A DNA stretch of 64,000 nucleotides, taken from the IMG/VR virus record IMGVR_UViG_3300045988_134682, positions 33,707 through 97,706 of that record; one strand, 5' to 3'. The stretch is from a virus. A model generated the notes under the pieces. That model saw only the letters and a list, made by a program, of their open reading frames with translations. It was not told where the DNA came from and did no database searches. The position numbers and the translations under genes were made by a program. Below, piece by piece: positions 46,157-55,361 of this stretch (position 1 is its first letter; each line of letters starts with the position of its first letter).

Positions 46157-47149
46157 ATGATTACTGTAATTATAGCAATTTTTTGTCTTATATTGGGGGC
46201 TGGGTTAGTATATCTGTTTATGCAACCAAAAGTCAAAGTTACTCAAAAGGAAAATAAAGAAATTCTTGAAAAGAATAAAGCCGTTCAATTTGAGTTACAA
46301 GCAATGGAGCAAAGAACGGATTACTTAAAAGAACAATATGAACAAAAATTGCAAGAATATAAACAATTAAAACAAGATGTTGATAAAGAATATAAGGCTT
46401 CAGAAGAAAGTGTGAAAAAATATTATCAACAAATGCTTGATTTTTATAAACAAAAATTTCATACTGATACAGAAGAAATTCATGCTATTTTCATGGACAC
46501 AAAACATAGTTTAGAAGATAGTTATGAAGAATTAGCTAAAGATTTAGTACAAGATTATCTGGATAAAAAGCAAGAAAGCGTCCAAAAGATAAAGAAATTA
46601 AATGAAAAAATTCAATTTGAAGAATCTCAGCTAGAAGATTTGCGGCATAAGGTAGAGGCCGCAGTTGCATATGATAAACGCAATGAAGAAAATAAGAATA
46701 AAACTGATTTTTATAAATTAAATTTAACTCAAGATGATTTAGATGAAATTTATGAATTAAGGAAAATTATTTCTCATTTTAGAAATCCTGAACCTGTAAA
46801 TAAGGTTATATGGAAAACATATTATGAGAAACCTTATACTGATTTAGTTGGTAGAGTAATTGGTTCTGGTGTTCATTGCGGCATTTATAAAATCACAAAT
46901 TTACAAAATAATATGTGTTATGTCGGACAGAGTACGAATATTGCTGAACGTTGGAAACAGCATATTAAGCGTGGATTGGGCGCAGATACTCCGACCCGCA
47001 ATAAACTTTATCCTATTATGCAGGCTGTTGGAGTTGAAAATTTTTCATTTGAAATCATTGAAGAATGTACAAAATCTCAATTAAATGATAGAGAAGATTA
47101 TTGGCAAGATTTTTTTAAAGCAAAAGAATTTGGTTATAGTATAAAATAA
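46157..47149 (+). CDS. membrane-anchored coiled-coil protein with C-terminal GIY-YIG nuclease domain
   Basis: N-terminal TM helix, then about 200 aa of coiled coil. C-terminus GIYKITNLQNNMCYVGQSTNIAERWKQHIKRG...YWQDFF. Confidence 0.55.
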   Translation: MITVIIAIFCLILGAGLVYLFMQPKVKVTQKENKEILEKNKAVQFELQAMEQRTDYLKEQYEQKLQEYKQLKQDVDKEYKASEESVKKYYQQMLDFYKQKFHTDTEEIHAIFMDTKHSLEDSYEELAKDLVQDYLDKKQESVQKIKKLNEKIQFEESQLEDLRHKVEAAVAYDKRNEENKNKTDFYKLNLTQDDLDEIYELRKIISHFRNPEPVNKVIWKTYYEKPYTDLVGRVIGSGVHCGIYKITNLQNNMCYVGQSTNIAERWKQHIKRGLGADTPTRNKLYPIMQAVGVENFSFEIIEECTKSQLNDREDYWQDFFKAKEFGYSIK

Positions 47150-47164
47150 AAGGAGAAAATTGTT

Positions 47165-47458
47165 ATGTATAGAATTATTGATGGACGAGGAACAGGAAAA
47201 ACTTCTCGATTATTCTTACTTGCAAAAGAAGCCGGTATTCCTATTATTTGCCAGTGTCCGAAAGATATGAGAGAAAAAGCTTACTCTTATGGAATAACTG
47301 GCATTGATTTTATTAGTTATCAAGAAGCCCTTACCACAGGAGACATATCTGATACAGCTAAAGATGTCTTTGTTGATAATATTGAACAATTTTCTTATTA
47401 TATATTAATGAAAAATCATTTTAAGTTGAAAGGATTTACAGTATCAAATGAAGATTAA
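47165..47458 (+). CDS. hypothetical protein
   Basis: RBS aaaaggag. Confidence 0.45.
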   Translation: MYRIIDGRGTGKTSRLFLLAKEAGIPIICQCPKDMREKAYSYGITGIDFISYQEALTTGDISDTAKDVFVDNIEQFSYYILMKNHFKLKGFTVSNED

Positions 47459-47771
47459 AGTATTTACAACTGACCAAAAAGGTTATATTACTTTAACACA
47501 GAAAGAGCTTCAAGAGCTTTTAAATGAAGCTTATTGGGAAGGTTATAATGAGGGAAATAGACCTATACAAACTTATCCTAATCGTCCAAATCCTTACTAT
47601 TGGACTACTGCGGCAAATGGTAATGTAACTTTGTTAAACAATCCAGATGTTACAAATAATGATAAAATTAGTACACCAAAAGTAACAACTACTACTGGAA
47701 GTTTATCAATTAAAGCAGAAGATATGAAACCATATTCAATTAGTTATGATACAAAAACCAGAGGTAAATAA
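47448..47771 (+). CDS. hypothetical protein
   Basis: Coupled ORF. Confidence 0.4.
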   Translation: MKIKVFTTDQKGYITLTQKELQELLNEAYWEGYNEGNRPIQTYPNRPNPYYWTTAANGNVTLLNNPDVTNNDKISTPKVTTTTGSLSIKAEDMKPYSISYDTKTRGK

Positions 47772-47774
47772 AGA

Positions 47775-48671
47775 ATGAAATTTGAAAATATAAAAGTTTA
47801 TAATTTTGAAAATGCTTTAAGAGGAATGAGAAATCCAAAAAATTCTTGGAATTTAAGCGATAGCTATTTTGGACTTATCAATATAGACGATGATGAGCAT
47901 GATTATGAAGTTGCCGAAGAGTGGGTTCAGAAAAAATTCCCTAATTATCCATCTGATGTGAATAATGAAGCTCTTATGGCTCAAGAAGAATATGATAGAT
48001 GGCTTTTAGACAATGGTATTCTTGAAATTAATTTTGACCATCAATTGGCTAATGTCGCTTTTATTGGTCCGAATGATATGAAGCTTGCTAAAGCTCTTAT
48101 CAATGGCGGTTCCGAGCATAGAAAATTTTTAAGACAAATTATGGTAACAGTTGACATTACAGCCCCACTTTTTTGGTGGAAGGAATTTGATACTTATAAA
48201 GTAGGTACTACAGCTAATTCAACTTCTACAATGCATAAACTCACAAGTAAGCCAATTACATTAGATTGTTTTGAAATTGATGATTATTGTAGTGATATTC
48301 CAGTAGAAAAAGTAGACCAGTCCGCAGTAGTTAATCCAGAGTTTATTGACCATTGGCATATGGATATGTTTACTGAGGATTTAATTAATAAACTTGAAGA
48401 TTTGCGTCAGACTTATCTTAAAACTAAAGATAAACGCTACTGGAAAGAACTTGTTCGTTGGTTACCAGAGTCTTGGCTTCAGACAAGAACTGTCACAATG
48501 AATTATGAAAATATTCTAGCTATGGTTCATCAGAGATGTCATCATAAACTTACAGAATGGTCTGGAGATGGCGAAGAGTTTATCAATGAAAGTTTCATTA
48601 AATTTGCTCATTCTTTACCTTATTCTGATGATTTTATCTTTATAGATAACAATACAACAGAAAGTAAGTAA
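47775..48671 (+). CDS. ThyX-fold (flavin-dependent thymidylate synthase-like) protein lacking the canonical RHR/SxR motifs
   Basis: SEHRKFLRQIMVTVDITAPLFWWKEF aligns with the ThyX block [21 protein letters not shown]. In place of RHRIASYNELSGRY it has DTYKVGTTANSTSTMH. The later block TMNYENILAMVHQRCHHKLTEW corresponds to [22 protein letters not shown]. Confidence 0.45.
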   Translation: MKFENIKVYNFENALRGMRNPKNSWNLSDSYFGLINIDDDEHDYEVAEEWVQKKFPNYPSDVNNEALMAQEEYDRWLLDNGILEINFDHQLANVAFIGPNDMKLAKALINGGSEHRKFLRQIMVTVDITAPLFWWKEFDTYKVGTTANSTSTMHKLTSKPITLDCFEIDDYCSDIPVEKVDQSAVVNPEFIDHWHMDMFTEDLINKLEDLRQTYLKTKDKRYWKELVRWLPESWLQTRTVTMNYENILAMVHQRCHHKLTEWSGDGEEFINESFIKFAHSLPYSDDFIFIDNNTTESK

Positions 48672-48678
48672 AACAGTA

Positions 48679-48708
48679 TTGATTTTTATTTAAAAAAATG
48701 TTATAATA
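48679..48708 (+). promoter_or_regulatory. sigma-70-like promoter
   Basis: ttgatt 48679-48684, 18-nt spacer, TGtTATAAT, tataat 48703-48708. Confidence 0.45.
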
Positions 48709-48718
48709 TACTTATAAG

Positions 48719-49102
48719 ATGAAAGATGAAAGCGAGTTAAAAGAAATGAGTAAAAAAGAAAAATTTATTGAATGTATAGATTCATTATTTGCAGATTTAG
48801 ATATGGCAGATATTGACCCAGATGTAATTGCTTATTGGGAGGCTTTTAAAGGAAAAGGTACTTCTGATAAACCATTATTTACTGATAATGGAAAAATGAT
48901 TTTAAAATATATGCAGGAGCATGTTTCTGATATGCCAATGGGTAAAGCAAAAGATATTGCTAAAGGAATGTTTGTTTCTTCAAGGACTGTATCTGGTGCG
49001 ATTCAGAAACTTGTTAAAGATGGATATGTTGAGAAAATTGGGTCAGACCCAGTTGTCTATGCTTTAACAGATAATGGAAAAACAGTTAATATTAATGACT
49101 AA
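48719..49102 (+). CDS. winged-helix (MarR-like) DNA-binding protein
   Basis: AKDIAKGMFVSSRTVSGAIQKLVKDGYVEK helix-turn-helix and wing. Confidence 0.45.
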   Translation: MKDESELKEMSKKEKFIECIDSLFADLDMADIDPDVIAYWEAFKGKGTSDKPLFTDNGKMILKYMQEHVSDMPMGKAKDIAKGMFVSSRTVSGAIQKLVKDGYVEKIGSDPVVYALTDNGKTVNIND

Positions 49103-49144
49103 TTAAATAAAAAGAATAAATATAATTAAGGAGAATAGAATAAT

Positions 49145-50092
49145 ATGAAGAGTATGGTGAATAGAAGTCACATCGAGGGATTTATTTATGAGCATGACTT
49201 ACAGTTAAGAGAGTCTGGTGCAAATTCAAAACATCCAGGAACTAAATTTATCATGGGTAATCTTAGTATTGCCACTGATAATGATATGACAAATATTGTA
49301 CCTGTTCATTTTACATATGTAACAGCAACAACTGCAAAAGGAAATACAAATGCAACATTTGGTATTCTTAATCAGATTATCAATGGAGAGCTTGGTTCTG
49401 TAATGGAACATGGCAAAGAGAATGCTGCAAAAGTTCGTATTGATTCTGCAATTGGTTTAAATGAGTTTTATTCTGATAGAAATGGTGAGGAGCAGCTTGT
49501 TTCTGTAAAAAGAAATGAAGGTGGATTTGTTCATACTTGTGTTGATTTGAATGAAGACGAGAAAATGAGAAATACTTTTGAAGCTGATATTCTTATTACA
49601 AATGTAAGAACTATTGATGCAAATGAAGAGCAGAATACTCCTGAGAAAGCTATTATTAAAGGTGCGATTTTTGACTTTAGAGGCGCAGTTTTTCCTGTTG
49701 AATTTTCAGCAATTAATCCAGGAGCTATCTCTTATTTTGAAGGACTTGGTGCATCTGCAAAAGAACCTGTATTTACAAAAGTAAAAGGTCGTCAGGTGTC
49801 TGAAGTAATTACTCGTACAATTACTGAAGAGTCTGCATTTGGTGAGCCTTATGTAAGAACTGTTCAATCTAATAGAAAAGATTGGGTTATCACTTGGGCT
49901 CTTCCAGATCCATATGTATGGGATGATGCAAGCACAATTACTGCGGCAGAGCTGACTGAAGCTCTTGCTAACAGAGAAGTTTATCTTGCTGATGTGAAGA
50001 AACGTCAGGACGAGTATAAAGCTTCTAAAGGACAGGTAGCTGCTCCAACTTCTGCAACTCCTGCAAAGGGTGGCGGCGCATTTAACTTCTAA
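49145..50092 (+). CDS. hypothetical replication-module protein, possibly ssDNA-binding
   Basis: Position in the replication module. Flexible Ala/Pro/Gly tail ending in a hydrophobic ...GGGAFNF terminus. Speculative. Confidence 0.3.
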   Translation: MKSMVNRSHIEGFIYEHDLQLRESGANSKHPGTKFIMGNLSIATDNDMTNIVPVHFTYVTATTAKGNTNATFGILNQIINGELGSVMEHGKENAAKVRIDSAIGLNEFYSDRNGEEQLVSVKRNEGGFVHTCVDLNEDEKMRNTFEADILITNVRTIDANEEQNTPEKAIIKGAIFDFRGAVFPVEFSAINPGAISYFEGLGASAKEPVFTKVKGRQVSEVITRTITEESAFGEPYVRTVQSNRKDWVITWALPDPYVWDDASTITAAELTEALANREVYLADVKKRQDEYKASKGQVAAPTSATPAKGGGAFNF

Positions 50093-50265
50093 TGACAGTT
50101 TCTGAATTAATTATTTTACTACAGTCGTATCCAAAAGATGCAATTGTAGTAAATGATATGGGAATTATATCAAAAGAAGATATTTATATACAAAATGAAT
50201 TTTATAATGGTGACAGTGCAAATCCTAATTGCGAAATTTTAAAAAATGTTGTAAGAATTGATTAA
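50092..50265 (+). CDS. small hypothetical protein (57 aa)
   Basis: ATG overlaps the upstream stop. Confidence 0.3.
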   Translation: MTVSELIILLQSYPKDAIVVNDMGIISKEDIYIQNEFYNGDSANPNCEILKNVVRID

Positions 50266-50315
50266 AATAAAAATTGCGGGTGGTCGGATGCCAATGCCGC
50301 AAGAAGGAGAAAAGA

Positions 50316-51293
50316 ATGGGAATTAATTTATTAAATATTGAACCACATAAGGTTAGTAAAGATTTAAGTGGATATATTACTTATATCTATGGGGCTCCTA
50401 AAACAGGAAAAACAACTTTAGCAGTTCAGATGCCAAAAACACTTTTACTCGCTTTTGAACGTGGATATAATGCATTACCTGGTGTAATCGCTCAGGATGT
50501 TACTTCTTGGGGAGATATGAAACAGGTTATGAGAGAACTTAAAAAGCCAGAAGTTAAAGCTAATTTTGATGCCGTAGTTGTTGATACTATTGATATTGCT
50601 TCTGATTTTTGTCAGAAATATATCTGTCAGCAAAAAGGTATTGAAGCTCTTGGAGACCTTGGATATGGAAAAGGTTGGACTGCTTTTAAAGATGAATTTA
50701 ATGATGTATTTAGAGGTTTAACTCAATTAGGATACGCAGTATTTTTCATCGGCCACCACAAAGAGCAGACAATTACAAATGATGATGGAACAGAAAGAAT
50801 TGTAATTCGTCCTGCACTTAGTAATTCAACAAGACAGGTTATTGAAGGTATGGCTGATATTTATGGATATGCTCATCAGTCTAATAAAAATGAAATGTCT
50901 GTATTAACACTTCGTTGTCCAGATGATTCTATTAGCTGTGGTGGTCGTTTTAAATATATCGCAAGTGAGTTTCCAATGAGTTATGATAATCTTGTAGAAG
51001 AAATCCATAAAGCCATTGATAAAGAAGCTCTTGAGCATGGTAATCAGTATGTTACAGATGAACGTGAAAAGCCTGTTGAGAAAGAGGAATTAAATTATGA
51101 TGCATTAATGAATAAATTCCAGGAGTTAGTTGGTAATTTAATGCAAGCTTCTGAAGCTAATGGACCTAAGATTACGAAGATTATTGATAAATATCTTGGT
51201 AAAGGTCGTAAAATTGCAGATGCAACTCCAGAGCAAGTTGAGATGATTAACTTAATTGTAACTGAGATTGAAGATGAATTAATGCATAGCTAA
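50316..51293 (+). CDS. RecA-fold ATPase of the Sak4/AAA_24 family (recombination/replication mediator)
   Basis: KVSKDLSGYITYIYGAPKTGKTTLAVQ Walker A block. RBS aagaaggag before ATG 50316. Confidence 0.55.
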   Translation: MGINLLNIEPHKVSKDLSGYITYIYGAPKTGKTTLAVQMPKTLLLAFERGYNALPGVIAQDVTSWGDMKQVMRELKKPEVKANFDAVVVDTIDIASDFCQKYICQQKGIEALGDLGYGKGWTAFKDEFNDVFRGLTQLGYAVFFIGHHKEQTITNDDGTERIVIRPALSNSTRQVIEGMADIYGYAHQSNKNEMSVLTLRCPDDSISCGGRFKYIASEFPMSYDNLVEEIHKAIDKEALEHGNQYVTDEREKPVEKEELNYDALMNKFQELVGNLMQASEANGPKITKIIDKYLGKGRKIADATPEQVEMINLIVTEIEDELMHS

Positions 51294-51310
51294 GATATAT
51301 AATCTTAAAG

Positions 51311-51345
51311 TCAATCCAAGTTATATTCTTGGATTGACTTTTTTA
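51311..51345 (+). terminator. rho-independent terminator
   Basis: tcaatccaag/cttggattga stem followed by T6. Confidence 0.7.
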
Positions 51346-51362
51346 TTGAAAAATGATATAAT
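51334..51362 (+). promoter_or_regulatory. sigma-70-like promoter
   Basis: ttgact 51334-51339, 17-nt spacer, TGaTATAAT 51354-51362. Confidence 0.45.
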
Positions 51363-51396
51363 ATTATTATAGATTGGGAGAAAGGGGTAAGAATAT

Positions 51397-51924
51397 TTGG
51401 CACATAAAGTAAAATGTATATATTGTCATCAAACGTTTGATAGAGATAAATATTCTTTTGTTCAAATCTCACCAAGAAGATATGCTCATACTGAATGTGC
51501 AAGTAAAGAGCAAAGTCGATTAAAACAAGAAGAAGCCGATAAAATAGCTTTAGAAGAATATATCATTAAATTGTTGGGCGATGACTTTATAACTCCAAGA
51601 GTTAGAAAACAAATAAATACATACATTGAACAATACCAATATACTTATTCAGGAATTAGAAAAGCTTTAGTTTATTTTTATGAGATAAAAGGTAATTCTA
51701 CAGAAAAGGCAAATGGCGGCATAGGTATCGTTCCTTATGTTTATAAAGATGCTTTTAATTATTATTATTCCATTTGGGAAGCGAATCAAAAAAATCAGGA
51801 TAAAGATGTTCAAGAGTTTGTTTCAAAAGAAAAAGTTATAAAAATCGAACCCCCAAAAAGGAATTTGAGAAAACGGAAATTATTTGCATTTTTAGACGAG
51901 GAGGAAGCTGAAAGTGGCGAGTAA
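51397..51924 (+). CDS. zinc-finger hypothetical protein (TTG start)
   Basis: CIYCHQ...HTEC pattern. Basic C-terminus. Confidence 0.4.
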   Translation: MAHKVKCIYCHQTFDRDKYSFVQISPRRYAHTECASKEQSRLKQEEADKIALEEYIIKLLGDDFITPRVRKQINTYIEQYQYTYSGIRKALVYFYEIKGNSTEKANGGIGIVPYVYKDAFNYYYSIWEANQKNQDKDVQEFVSKEKVIKIEPPKRNLRKRKLFAFLDEEEAESGE

Positions 51925-53455
51925 GTATGTCGATGTGACTGCAATAATGCAGGTAATTGGATGTGTTTATAATAATCCTCAGATTTTGGAGTTTGAAGAT
52001 AAATATACTATTACAGATGAAGATTTTCCAGATGAATTTCATAGAACTGTATTTGGTGCTATTTATAAAGTTTATGAACTTGGCGCAAAAACTATCACGT
52101 TAGAAAACTTAGCGGATTTTTTAAGTTCAAGACCAAAATCTGCGGCAATATATAAGAAAAATGATGGTGATAAATGGCTATTAAAAGTAGCTGATATCGC
52201 ATCTCAGTTATCTTTTGATTTCTATTATAATAGATTGAAGAAGATGACATTATTAAGAGCATATGATAACTATGGAGTAGATGTTTCTGATATCTACGAC
52301 CCAGATAATATCTTAGATATAAAAAAGAAACAACTTCAAGAAGACTTGTTAGATAATTCTTCTTTAGAGGAAATTGCGGATAGGGTTGACCGCAAGATAA
52401 GCGATATTCGTTTAAAATATGTTGATGATACTACTGGAGAAGCTATTCAAGCTGGAAAAGGTGTTTTACAATTAATCCAAAAATTTAAAGATCATCCAGA
52501 AGTAGGAGTTCCTCTTTATGGAAGATTAGTAAATACAGTTACTCGTGGAGCAAGATTAAAGAAGTTTTATTTACGTTCTGCTGCAACTGGTATAGGAAAG
52601 ACTCGTTCAATGATTGCGGACGCTTGTAATATAGCTTGTAATAAGATATATGATGAGTCTTTTGGATGGATTAAAAATGGCACATCTGAGCCAACTTTGT
52701 TTATTACAACAGAGCAGGAACTTGAAGAAATCCAAACAATGATGTTAGCTTTTCTTTCCAATGTAAATGAAGAACATATTATTAATGGTGAATATGAGGG
52801 CGATGAAGAAGAGCGAGTTATTAAAGCTGGAGAGATTCTTGAAAGTAGTCCATTATATGTAGAAGAATTACCAGATTTTTCATTGAAAGATGTTGAAAAT
52901 GTAATTAAGAAAAATATTCGTGACCATGATGTTAAGTATATTTTTCACGATTATATTCATACCAGTTTGAAAATTTTGGAAGAAATCACAAAAAGAAGTG
53001 GTGGAGTAAAACTTCGTGAAGATAATATCTTATTTATGTTATCAAATAAATTAAAAGATATTTGTAATCAGTATGGAGTCTTTATTATGTCTGCAACGCA
53101 GTTAAATGGAGACTATCAAGACGCTAAAACTCCTGACCAGAATTTACTTCGTGGTGCAAAATCTATTGCTGATAAGATTGACTATGGTTCAATTTTATTA
53201 AGTGTTAAAGAAGAAGACATTGATGCTCTTGATTCAATTCTTTCTTCAAATATTTTTGAAAAGCCTACTATTAAAATGTCTGTTTACAAGAATAGACGTG
53301 GTAGATATAAAGGAATTATTATGTGGTGCAAAGCAGATTTAGGTACTTGTAGAATCCAGCCTATGTTCTGTACTACATATGATTATGAACTTATTAACAT
53401 GGACGATATAAAAATTATTGTAGAGAAAGGTGCTTGGGACGATGATGAAGAGTGA
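51914..53455 (+). CDS. DnaB-like replicative helicase
   Basis: N-terminal DnaB-like helical domain (VTAIMQVIGCVYNNPQIL). RecA-like domain with Walker A AATGIGKT and downstream D/E-rich Walker B. Confidence 0.55.
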   Translation: MASKYVDVTAIMQVIGCVYNNPQILEFEDKYTITDEDFPDEFHRTVFGAIYKVYELGAKTITLENLADFLSSRPKSAAIYKKNDGDKWLLKVADIASQLSFDFYYNRLKKMTLLRAYDNYGVDVSDIYDPDNILDIKKKQLQEDLLDNSSLEEIADRVDRKISDIRLKYVDDTTGEAIQAGKGVLQLIQKFKDHPEVGVPLYGRLVNTVTRGARLKKFYLRSAATGIGKTRSMIADACNIACNKIYDESFGWIKNGTSEPTLFITTEQELEEIQTMMLAFLSNVNEEHIINGEYEGDEEERVIKAGEILESSPLYVEELPDFSLKDVENVIKKNIRDHDVKYIFHDYIHTSLKILEEITKRSGGVKLREDNILFMLSNKLKDICNQYGVFIMSATQLNGDYQDAKTPDQNLLRGAKSIADKIDYGSILLSVKEEDIDALDSILSSNIFEKPTIKMSVYKNRRGRYKGIIMWCKADLGTCRIQPMFCTTYDYELINMDDIKIIVEKGAWDDDEE

Positions 53456-53732
53456 AAAAAATTATAGTGAGAAAAATTATAAGGTAAACAATTTTACAAA
53501 GAAGAAAACGAAAAAGAAAGAAAGTAGAGTAGCAAAAGTTGCTCGTCAGTATGTAGCTCCAAAAGAAATCAGAGCTGGTATGCAGTTTGAATATAAAATG
53601 CCTATTCCTATGTATGAGGATATTCTTAAAGAGTGTAAGAAAGATGGTGGCGAAGCTCAGGTATATCTTTGCAATTGGGTAAATGAGCAGTTTGGATTGC
53701 TTGGAACTTGTGTAAGAGTTATCCCAGGTTAA
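53430..53732 (+). CDS. hypothetical protein
   Basis: ORF. Confidence 0.4.
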   Translation: MLGTMMKSEKNYSEKNYKVNNFTKKKTKKKESRVAKVARQYVAPKEIRAGMQFEYKMPIPMYEDILKECKKDGGEAQVYLCNWVNEQFGLLGTCVRVIPG

Positions 53733-53736
53733 TATT

Positions 53737-53925
53737 ATGGATAAGGGAGAAATAACAATTCTTCGACTTATTGGACAGGATAAATTCGTTGCTGGCAGAA
53801 AATTAACTCTGTCAGCAGACGAATATAAGATAACCGGTCCAATGAAAGAGTTTGAAGAACAAACTGGAATAGATTTGACCGCAATAACAGATTTAACATT
53901 CTTTTGGCCAGAAAGTGAAAAGTAA
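53737..53925 (+). CDS. small hypothetical protein
   Basis: ORF. Confidence 0.35.
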   Translation: MDKGEITILRLIGQDKFVAGRKLTLSADEYKITGPMKEFEEQTGIDLTAITDLTFFWPESEK

Positions 53926-55032
53926 ATGATTAATTATGATAAGAGCGAAATTAGAGAAGTTTTAGAATTAGAAAATATATTTGAGTTATTGCAAGAGTGG
54001 GGAGGAGACCCAGAGTATACTGGCTTTGGAATCCTCTCTTCTACTATATGTCATAATGAACCAGGAGAAGGAAGTCGTAAACTATATTATTATAGTAATT
54101 CAGGCTTGTTTAGATGTTATACTGGTTGTGATAGTTATTTTGATATTTTTGAATTAACCAGAAAAGTTGCTAAGATTCAATGGTCAGAGGAATATGACCT
54201 AAATGATGCTGTGCGGTGGATTGCAAGAAGATTCGGTATCGCAGGAAGAAATGAAGATGGTTCTGAGTCTGATGATAAAATTGAGGATTGGAAACTTTTA
54301 GCGAATTATGAAAAAATAAAAGAAATAGAATTAAGAGAAAATAAGATAGAATTAAAAGAATTTAATACAGATATTTTAACACGATTTAATTATAATGTTC
54401 TTATTATGCCTTGGGTAAAAGAGGGAATAACTAATGAAGTTATGAAACTTGCTCAGATAGGTTATTATCCAGGAGCAGATCAAATTACGATTCCGCATTT
54501 TGATGTTAATGGTAGGTTTATTGGTTTAAGAGGCCGAACTTTAATTGCGGATGAAGCCGAGATATATGGAAAATATAGACCTATGCGAATTAATAAACTA
54601 TTATATAATCATCCTCTTGGAATGAATTTATATGGTTTAAATTGGAGCAAAAATAATATTAAAACAATGGGAAAAGCTATTGTTTTTGAATCTGAAAAAT
54701 CTGTATTAATGTATGCAAGTTATTTTGGTTGGGATAATAATATCTCAGTTGCTTGTTGTGGTTCAAGTTTGTCCGCAAGGCAAATTCAGTTATTGAAAGA
54801 TGCTGGGGCGAAAGAAATTATTATTGCTTTTGATAGACAGTTTCAAGAAATTGGAGATAAAGAATTTAAACATTTAACAAGAAATCTTACAAGAATTAAT
54901 GACAAATATAAGAATGATGTAAATATTAGCTTTATATTTGATAAGAATATGATTACTGGATATAAAGCAAGTCCAATAGACGAAGGATCTGAAAAATTTC
55001 TCACATTATTTAAAGAAAGGATTTTATTATGA
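53926..55032 (+). CDS. dnaG: DnaG-like DNA primase (zinc-binding plus TOPRIM)
   Basis: CHNEPGEGSRKLYYYSNSGLFRCYTGCD zinc ribbon. TOPRIM acidic residues (VFESEKS, IIAFDRQ). Confidence 0.65.
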   Translation: MINYDKSEIREVLELENIFELLQEWGGDPEYTGFGILSSTICHNEPGEGSRKLYYYSNSGLFRCYTGCDSYFDIFELTRKVAKIQWSEEYDLNDAVRWIARRFGIAGRNEDGSESDDKIEDWKLLANYEKIKEIELRENKIELKEFNTDILTRFNYNVLIMPWVKEGITNEVMKLAQIGYYPGADQITIPHFDVNGRFIGLRGRTLIADEAEIYGKYRPMRINKLLYNHPLGMNLYGLNWSKNNIKTMGKAIVFESEKSVLMYASYFGWDNNISVACCGSSLSARQIQLLKDAGAKEIIIAFDRQFQEIGDKEFKHLTRNLTRINDKYKNDVNISFIFDKNMITGYKASPIDEGSEKFLTLFKERILL

Positions 55033-55331
55033 TAGTAGATGAACCTTTTAACCCTAATAAATACCCATTAAGAGACTATGCTGGCTTTAGTATAGAAGTG
55101 CCTATTCATGGAGATAGATATGGCGCCAGATGTAAATTTTCTCGGGCGCATAGAGAAGTATTAGATATTATTGATGCAAATACGATTAGTTTTACTTTTC
55201 AAGATTATTGGGAGTTTAATGAATTTGTAGGTATGTTAAATGAAATGAAAAAATCCCTTGAAGAAAAAGCTGGATATGGAAAAGAGGTTAGTTCAGTAAA
55301 TAAAATTGATTTTGATGATAAAGGAGTGTGA
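55029..55331 (+). CDS. hypothetical protein
   Basis: Coupled ORF. Confidence 0.4.
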   Translation: MIVDEPFNPNKYPLRDYAGFSIEVPIHGDRYGARCKFSRAHREVLDIIDANTISFTFQDYWEFNEFVGMLNEMKKSLEEKAGYGKEVSSVNKIDFDDKGV

Positions 55332-55361
55332 TGTACAAATGAAAGGAGGTTGAAATCAAAT

